From a virus: DNA of 64,000 nucleotides. A model generated the notes under the pieces. That model was not told the DNA's origin, made no database searches, and saw only the letters and a program-made list of their open reading frames with translations. Where the stretch lies: IMG/VR virus record IMGVR_UViG_3300037493_005286, positions 1-64,000 of that record, one strand, 5' to 3'. The stretch's first letter is position 1. Every line of letters starts with the position of its first letter. This document shows, one piece after another, positions 57,940 through 64,000 of the stretch. The translations under genes and the position numbers were made by a program.

Positions 57940-58759
57940 TGAATAGGTTATATTCGGTTTCCCCTCTTAACGTTCCACACGCATTGCACTTATTACACGG
58001 TGAATGATTACGACCATTTAATAATTTAGCTTTAAATTCATTATATGCTTTTCCTAGCCAGACGTCTCGTATAGATTGTTCGCTTACATTCCCAAGAGTT
58101 AACGTTCTTGCCCAGTCATTATCACATGTAAGTACATCGCCATTCCAGTCAATAAACAATTTATAGAATGGTCTATAGCATGGTTTTTGTATATTCAGTA
58201 AATTGTTATCAAAAGCAATTTCTTTTCGATTTACTATGTTAAGACCGTAATCAATAGACGCATCATAATGATGGCGATATATCATTTGAATTGGTATATC
58301 GCCTTTAAGATTGTTAAAGTAAGCTGTAGCATCATGATCGTACATACTTACAGCTATAACATTACAACCAGCTTCATATAAAGAAGCTATTCGCTCAGCC
58401 GTTAGCAAATCACCATTTGTATTTATTTCAAGATACTTTAAATTAGTATTACACACTCGTATTGCAGCTATACACTGTTCTAATTGTTGGTGCAATAACG
58501 GTTCACCAAATCCTACGAACCCTACATGATTGGTAAACTTAATATCAGCCAGGTCCCTTCCTATTTTTTCGCACAACTCAACAGATATTCTTGTATGTGT
58601 TGATGGATACAATTTAGAATTGCTACGTGGACAGAAACTACATTTACGTGTACACGATTCACTTGGATTTATTTCAACACTCTTAAGTGAGCTCAACAAG
58701 TCATACGGTGTATGTGTATTGTATTGACTGTTTCTTATATCTGTTATTGTTAAACTCAT
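57911..58759 (-). CDS. Radical SAM/SPASM protein
   Basis: CTRKCSFC, GFGEPLL, NTNG, PC..PF..L.IDWNGDV..C, C..C. Confidence 0.88.
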   Translation of the reverse strand: MSLTITDIRNSQYNTHTPYDLLSSLKSVEINPSESCTRKCSFCPRSNSKLYPSTHTRISVELCEKIGRDLADIKFTNHVGFVGFGEPLLHQQLEQCIAAIRVCNTNLKYLEINTNGDLLTAERIASLYEAGCNVIAVSMYDHDATAYFNNLKGDIPIQMIYRHHYDASIDYGLNIVNRKEIAFDNNLLNIQKPCYRPFYKLFIDWNGDVLTCDNDWARTLTLGNVSEQSIRDVWLGKAYNEFKAKLLNGRNHSPCNKCNACGTLRGETEYNLFNETTGLAYK

Positions 58760-58980
58760 ACTAGATTATACTTATATTATATATTACTATACTCACAATT
58801 CTCGTATATTCTCGTAATTTTTAACTCAGTAACTACCTCTTTCAAAGTGGAGAGCCTTAGGAGAATCATCTTGAAACTTTTAATACTACAGTACTAACTA
58901 ATATTATTCAATAGGGAGAGACACAATCTCTGAATCAATTAACCATATAAATTGACGTAAGCCCTGACTTAATGTAAATG

Positions 58981-59622
58981 TTATTCATAAATTTTGTATA
59001 GGCTTATGTATGCTTCTGCATAAGCTTTATTACATTCCATGCCACGAAAACGTGCATATGTTTCTATACCAGTTTGGCTTCGAGGATTAGGATATGTCTT
59101 TACTTCACTTTGATACATATTCATCATATGCCACTTGGACTTTACATCAGCTTCACTTAACGCTAGATATGTATTAGGAAAAAACGGTTTATAGCCCTGC
59201 GTAGTAGATGAAGGTACTTCATAACACAAACATTCAGCTGCCTGTGTATGTTGTATTCTACGAAAAGCAATTGCTGCTGATTTATGAACCGCAGTATGAT
59301 CACTACTAATATCACCGTCAAACGGTATAAACACAACATCGGGGGTCACCTCTAAGTAAACCTTTTCAATATCTTTAATAAGATCAGACGATGATACTTG
59401 ATCAAGTCGCTCATCCATATAATTCAACAAATGATATGTTATACCTGTTAGCTTATGTAGCTGTTGCGTATCGTGTATATTAGTAGTATACGATGAACTT
59501 CTATGCGCAACAATAATAACATGAATGTCTTTATCTAAATTTTGAGATATACAACCACCACATCCGAGTATTTCGTCATCTGCATGTGGTGCAACTATAA
59601 GCATCTTATTGTAATTTTTCAT
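58981..59622 (-). CDS. PIG-L/LmbE family deacetylase
   Basis: VAPHADDEILGCGG, D.SSDH, YQSE..YPNPRS. Confidence 0.88.
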   Translation of the reverse strand: MKNYNKMLIVAPHADDEILGCGGCISQNLDKDIHVIIVAHRSSSYTTNIHDTQQLHKLTGITYHLLNYMDERLDQVSSSDLIKDIEKVYLEVTPDVVFIPFDGDISSDHTAVHKSAAIAFRRIQHTQAAECLCYEVPSSTTQGYKPFFPNTYLALSEADVKSKWHMMNMYQSEVKTYPNPRSQTGIETYARFRGMECNKAYAEAYISLYKIYE

Positions 59623-60496
59623 CTATTTGCCTCCATATCCACTCTTGTAAATCTATACGTTGTTTAAAGTTTAGTATATTCATCGCTTTATTCAACTTAA
59701 TACTTTTACCTTTATACTCAATAGTACCTGTATCATTATAGGTAACTTGTAAATTCTTAACCTTAGATTGTATTATATCAATAATATCACGTAATGTATA
59801 GGAACGTATACCGTCAACACTGATAGTTTCATTACATGTACTATCGTAATACTCTACTACTGATGTAACAGTACGTGCTATATCATCTACATGTATAAAG
59901 TTTCTATAACCATCGCTAGAAATAGAGATAGTATTATTATTTTTAGCATTTCTTATAAACGTGGATATCGCAGTTCGTGGATTAGCATGCTCACCGTAGA
60001 TTGTACCATACCGTAATATAGTATAATCTAGTCCAAAACATTGCTGATAACTTCTAATAAGCATTTCTCCGCAAATTTTAGTAGTTGTATACATACTAGT
60101 ACCTACATTTACATTTAATAGCGTATCTTCATCCACTACATTACCTAAACATTCACCATAAACCCAGCATGTGCTTGAAAATACTATACGTTTAACATTA
60201 TTTTTAACGCACGCATTCAATACATTGTGTAAACCTACAATGTTAGTTGATATAGACAGCTCTGGATCGTCATTATTTTTAGTCGCTTCAGAAATTGCAG
60301 CAAACATATAAACTACATCTACATTTTTAAGTAATTCACTGAGCTTATCTGCCTCTACTGTAATATCACAGTGATCATACGGGTAATTGCCAATAGAACT
60401 ACTAATATCTATAATTTGCGTGTCGTGATTATCTCTTAACATATCAAATACACGAGACCCGATAAATCCATTACCGCCAATTAACTTAATGTTCAT
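59606..60496 (-). CDS. NAD-dependent sugar epimerase/dehydratase
   Basis: GGNGFIGS, FSST.WVYG, YTTTK, RNFIHVDD. Confidence 0.88.
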   Translation of the reverse strand: MNIKLIGGNGFIGSRVFDMLRDNHDTQIIDISSSIGNYPYDHCDITVEADKLSELLKNVDVVYMFAAISEATKNNDDPELSISTNIVGLHNVLNACVKNNVKRIVFSSTCWVYGECLGNVVDEDTLLNVNVGTSMYTTTKICGEMLIRSYQQCFGLDYTILRYGTIYGEHANPRTAISTFIRNAKNNNTISISSDGYRNFIHVDDIARTVTSVVEYYDSTCNETISVDGIRSYTLRDIIDIIQSKVKNLQVTYNDTGTIEYKGKSIKLNKAMNILNFKQRIDLQEWIWRQIDEKLQ

Positions 60497-61307
60497 ATAT
60501 AAATCTTTTTTGTTCGTTTATCATACATTGTAGTGTAGGTACCGATACGACAGGGTGAATAGTAGTTAAACTTCTATCTAAAGTATTGTTTATTATTGTA
60601 TTACTAATAGTATTAGCACTTGTAGGTATTACAGTCATATTAAGACCGTATACCTCATTTAACAAGCAAATTAATTCATACTTACTGACTATAGTTCGTG
60701 AATATACATGACGTATACCGCTCCAAAGCGTTATACCATCATTTCTTACCATTCGTTCAATTAGCTTAGCTACTTCCAACCCAGTTATACCATTCCAAAG
60801 ACAATTAGTATAGCCAGTAACTTGTTTATTTGCATTTTTAAGAGCAAATTCAAGTAATCCGATTTTGTTATATCGTTCTTCACCAATAAAACTAACTCTC
60901 ATTACTGTACTCCTTATATCGTCGTGACGTTTTGTCTGGCCATACCAGTCATAAGCATCATAAGTATCAGTTTCGTTATAATTACCACGATTCCCGCTAT
61001 ATACACAATCTGATGAAAAGTTAACCAGTCTACAATCAACTTTACTACAAATTTTATCAAGTCTTAACGGAAAATTATAGTTAACATCTAAAGCATGCTG
61101 ATATGATTGTATATTAGGCTTAAGTAACCCAATACAATTAACTACAACATCACCTTTACTTAAAGTTGAAGCAAACTTTCCTGAGTTAAAGTTATATACA
61201 TTACACCGCGAACGATCATAATCTTCTACTGTATAACCGCATTGTTTAAAATACTTTGAAACATATGTTCCAAGCATTCCATTACATCCTAATACGCGTA
61301 TTTTCAT
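60486..61307 (-). CDS. RmlD-like NDP-4-keto-sugar reductase
   Basis: VLGCNGMLG, VVNCIG, SSDCVYSG..G.Y.E, YGQTK. Confidence 0.85.
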   Translation of the reverse strand: MKIRVLGCNGMLGTYVSKYFKQCGYTVEDYDRSRCNVYNFNSGKFASTLSKGDVVVNCIGLLKPNIQSYQHALDVNYNFPLRLDKICSKVDCRLVNFSSDCVYSGNRGNYNETDTYDAYDWYGQTKRHDDIRSTVMRVSFIGEERYNKIGLLEFALKNANKQVTGYTNCLWNGITGLEVAKLIERMVRNDGITLWSGIRHVYSRTIVSKYELICLLNEVYGLNMTVIPTSANTISNTIINNTLDRSLTTIHPVVSVPTLQCMINEQKRFIYEH

Positions 61308-61915
61308 TTTTTAAATACTTTAAGTTGGCTAAGATCAACAGCATATTCTGCAGCAGCGCCGCATACTGTTTGCATACTACTCTTTGCTCTATAAAATTGT
61401 TCTATACCGCGCGCGGCTTGTTCAGGAGTCATATACATGTGATAGCCTAACATATCAACGTCAGTTTTTAAGATTTCATTGTAATAATAACTTGCTCGGC
61501 CATCATATCGTGCTTTGCGTAACCATTCAACTGCTGCAGCATCATCTGTTAATATCATACCTCCTTTTCCGATAGGTATGATTTTCTTAAAGTGAAATGA
61601 TAGACAAACAAACCCACCATTATACATATCCTTTTCAAAACGGCATGCGCTATCAACTACTGGATATGGAGATAATTGATAGTCACCAACCCAATCACTA
61701 TCAACAAATTCAACATCATACCCAGCATGTATGATTGACATTGGAACCGATAAGTATGTTTTCTTGGGTACCTGTACTGGCTGATCTCCGTTCAAATACT
61801 TAAATGCTAAAAACAATGCATTAGAACAAGAATCAACGGCAACTGCATATTTACTTCCGCAATATGCTGCAACCTCTTTTTCAAAAAATTCTACAGTATC
61901 CCAAACACCGTTCAT
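61304..61915 (-). CDS. Short DegT/DnrJ-like sugar aminotransferase
   Basis: FEKEVAAYCGSKYAVAVDSCSNAL, VVDSA, LSFHFKK..IGKGGMILTDD. Confidence 0.8.
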   Translation of the reverse strand: MNGVWDTVEFFEKEVAAYCGSKYAVAVDSCSNALFLAFKYLNGDQPVQVPKKTYLSVPMSIIHAGYDVEFVDSDWVGDYQLSPYPVVDSACRFEKDMYNGGFVCLSFHFKKIIPIGKGGMILTDDAAAVEWLRKARYDGRASYYYNEILKTDVDMLGYHMYMTPEQAARGIEQFYRAKSSMQTVCGAAAEYAVDLSQLKVFKK

Positions 61916-61946
61916 ATTACAATGTTATAATAATATACTTAAAAAT

Positions 61947-62618
61947 CTACACGTTAAGTTTTTTTGGATCGCCGTAGTAATGAACAATATAGGGTCGGTT
62001 AGCTGTATTTACCTCGTGATTATTATAATTCCAACGCACATCTAAAAATTTACAATGATCACGTCCAAGTAGTAAGTTGAATGCAACTTCATCACTATAG
62101 GAATATCTAGCACTTTCATATAAATTGAAAATATCTAAAAATTTTTGAGTGTATTTATTTTGATTCCACTTCTTACAGTCAACTAGCATTACACCTGCAT
62201 TAAAAAACGGCCATTCATCACGAATAACTATGGACTTTAATTGTAGAGTTGGAGGATACACTTCAAATGCACCCGCATGAGTTCTTAATCTGCTACACTC
62301 TACTACACCTAAAGTAGAATCACCTAAATCTGTATCATATAACTTTTTTATATTAGTTTGACACACCGTGTCACTATCAAGAAATATTATTTTCTCGTTA
62401 AAATGTTCAAATATAAAAGGTCGATTTAAAAAAAACTGCTGAATCTTTCGCTCAATCTTAACAAATGTAAGATTTGAATTATTAATACTGTCTAAATCGC
62501 CAAAATGAAATATAAAAAATTCTATAGGACTATCGCCTTTGTAAAATTGCTTTACAAAGGCGATAGACGTACATGTCAACTCATAGTAATCTTTACTTAT
62601 TAAATAACAAATCTTCAT
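61947..62618 (-). CDS. GT8 glycosyltransferase
   Basis: KIIFLDSD, LYDTDL, FNAGVMLVD..KW, DE..FN, WNY, IVHYYG..K. Confidence 0.88.
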   Translation of the reverse strand: MKICYLISKDYYELTCTSIAFVKQFYKGDSPIEFFIFHFGDLDSINNSNLTFVKIERKIQQFFLNRPFIFEHFNEKIIFLDSDTVCQTNIKKLYDTDLGDSTLGVVECSRLRTHAGAFEVYPPTLQLKSIVIRDEWPFFNAGVMLVDCKKWNQNKYTQKFLDIFNLYESARYSYSDEVAFNLLLGRDHCKFLDVRWNYNNHEVNTANRPYIVHYYGDPKKLNV

Positions 62619-63409
62619 TTATACTTACTTTGTTCGTCAAGATAGGGTTTAGTGAACTTTGCTTCGCCAGAACCAGGCCATATATAATTATCTTGATTAT
62701 AATTATATTGTATTGTATTCCAATTTTCAACCGTAACGTCACGCCAATTTAAATCCTCAACATGACTTATATCTTCACACAGACGTATTGCAGATTGATC
62801 TAAATTATAAACATTCTCAATAGCAAACTGATCACTATCCCAGTCAGTCATACTTTCTTCGGTCATCTTTTGTACGCGTTTAAAGAAGTTAATTGTTTTA
62901 ACATTGTTAACACCTACTATACAACTACATTCCCAGCAGCGCTGTCGCGGATACCTATCAGCATCAGTAGCTACATTACATAATACATCATACTGCTTAA
63001 AGAAGTCTGTTAACTGTGTAAGGTCTTTACGTACAATAGTATCAGCATCTAGTAATATTACTACATCTTCTTTTAACGCTTCTAAACAATACAATATATT
63101 TCTGTACCGTGTATTGCTTACAAAGCATTGCTTGTGTGATAGTAAATGCGCACCATGAGGTCCTCTTTTATCTAAATCTGTACTTAATACAGTACCTGCT
63201 CTAAAATATTGACGCTTTGTTGATAGATTTAATTGCTCATTAACTATAATAGCACCTGGATGTGAGTTTTGCAATAATTGAATTTCAGAAGCCGTACAAT
63301 CGATTGCACGGCAGTGTACACGCAGGCACGGACTATTAACCGCGATGCTCTTTAAAAGATGTGACGAATGTTTAACGTAATTACTATCAGTTGAAAGTGT
63401 TATAATCAT
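62615..63409 (-). CDS. GT-A glycosyltransferase (GT8-like)
   Basis: STDSNY, LLDADTIVRKDL, WDSDQFA. Confidence 0.7.
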   Translation of the reverse strand: MIITLSTDSNYVKHSSHLLKSIAVNSPCLRVHCRAIDCTASEIQLLQNSHPGAIIVNEQLNLSTKRQYFRAGTVLSTDLDKRGPHGAHLLSHKQCFVSNTRYRNILYCLEALKEDVVILLDADTIVRKDLTQLTDFFKQYDVLCNVATDADRYPRQRCWECSCIVGVNNVKTINFFKRVQKMTEESMTDWDSDQFAIENVYNLDQSAIRLCEDISHVEDLNWRDVTVENWNTIQYNYNQDNYIWPGSGEAKFTKPYLDEQSKYK

Positions 63410-63439
63410 ACTAAAGATGTATTACTCATAATATACCAT

Positions 63440-63922
63440 CTATACTATAAAATCTACTATTAAAACAACTCTCTCCTCGCAACTGAGATTCCGTGCGCTG
63501 TGAGTAATGCTATCATTAAAAACAAGCATCTCTCCTGCGATCCACCTCTTAATACTGTCACCCACGGTAATAGTTGCACCCTTAGGGCAAATAATACCTA
63601 AATGAGATCTTAATATATTTGGAGTTTTAGCACCAGAATGTGGATAAATAATACATCCTGGCTTCATTACAGAGAAAAAGCATCTAGCTAAATTAGGTAC
63701 ATTCTTAATTAAAGAACTAATTAACGGACATTGTTGTAAATTTTCTTTATAGTATTCACCCTTGTATAAAAAAAACACAGTAGACCATCCGTGGTTATGT
63801 ATATGATCTTCACCAATAACTACTTGTTGATTTTTTTGAATTAGTTCAAATTCACGTTTAATGCCTTCCCAGTTTTCCTTGAAGGGCTCTAAAAATGGAT
63901 AATCTTCAATATTACTAAACAT
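63440..63922 (-). CDS. Aspartyl/asparaginyl beta-hydroxylase-like 2OG-Fe(II) oxygenase
   Basis: CP.....I, FFSVMKPG..I.PH.G, LRSHLG, W..GE.LVFNDS..HSA.N...RVVLIVD. Confidence 0.88.
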   Translation of the reverse strand: MFSNIEDYPFLEPFKENWEGIKREFELIQKNQQVVIGEDHIHNHGWSTVFFLYKGEYYKENLQQCPLISSLIKNVPNLARCFFSVMKPGCIIYPHSGAKTPNILRSHLGIICPKGATITVGDSIKRWIAGEMLVFNDSITHSARNLSCEERVVLIVDFIV

Positions 63923-63927
63923 AATAA

Positions 63928-63999
63928 TTAAAAGGGTTCAATACTATCTGTATTTCTAATAAATTCTGTAATAGCTATACGAAAACAACCAGGTAAGGT
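63928..63999 (-). CDS. C-terminal end of an upstream gene (partial; possibly another HisC-like enzyme)
   Basis: Frame reads TLPGCFRIAITEFIRNTDSIEPF*, resembling HisC-family C-termini. Confidence 0.35.
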   Translation of the reverse strand, partial: TLPGCFRIAITEFIRNTDSIEPF

Positions 64000-64000
64000 T

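Noticed and set aside
788-63158. Short antisense or nested ORFs in the track (e.g. 788, 4252, 9482, 17018, 29257, 42257, 54590, 56322, 62904)
   Set aside because: They are shadows of well-supported genes on the other strand or frame and show no motifs.
1-64000. Stop-codon reassignment
   Set aside because: Core genes are full length in the standard code, and TAA, TAG and TGA all end genes.
1-64000. CRISPR array, tRNA or rRNA genes
   Set aside because: No repeat-spacer pattern or cloverleaf was seen, and intergenic space is minimal. tRNAscan was not run.

Overview
This is an AT-rich, gene-dense segment of a large T4-like (myovirus-type) bacteriophage genome read in the standard genetic code. 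It holds five groups of genes. (1) A T4-type replication, recombination and late-transcription core: uvsY, uvsW, gp55, gp47, gp46, gp43, uvsX, gp41, gp32, gp45, RNase H, gp61 and a displaced gp62. (2) A dispersed 7-deazaguanine pathway: folE, queD, queE, an atypical queC lacking most Zn cysteines, a stand-alone class II glutamine amidotransferase and a DUF366-like gene, with no TGT/DpdA in the window. (3) Two glycan-synthesis islands (about 4.7-15 kb and 57-64 kb) plus two glycosyltransferases embedded among the replication genes. (4) Late genes with T4-like capsid-targeting N-termini, including a divergent HIGH-nucleotidyltransferase / ligase-like pair. (5) Tail genes (gp15, Mtd-N-like fibres, a lectin-like protein) and free-standing endonucleases. 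Both TAAATA late motifs and sigma70-like promoters sit mostly 5-9 nt from start codons with no evident Shine-Dalgarno, suggesting widespread leaderless translation. All family calls come from recognising motifs by eye; no database search was run.
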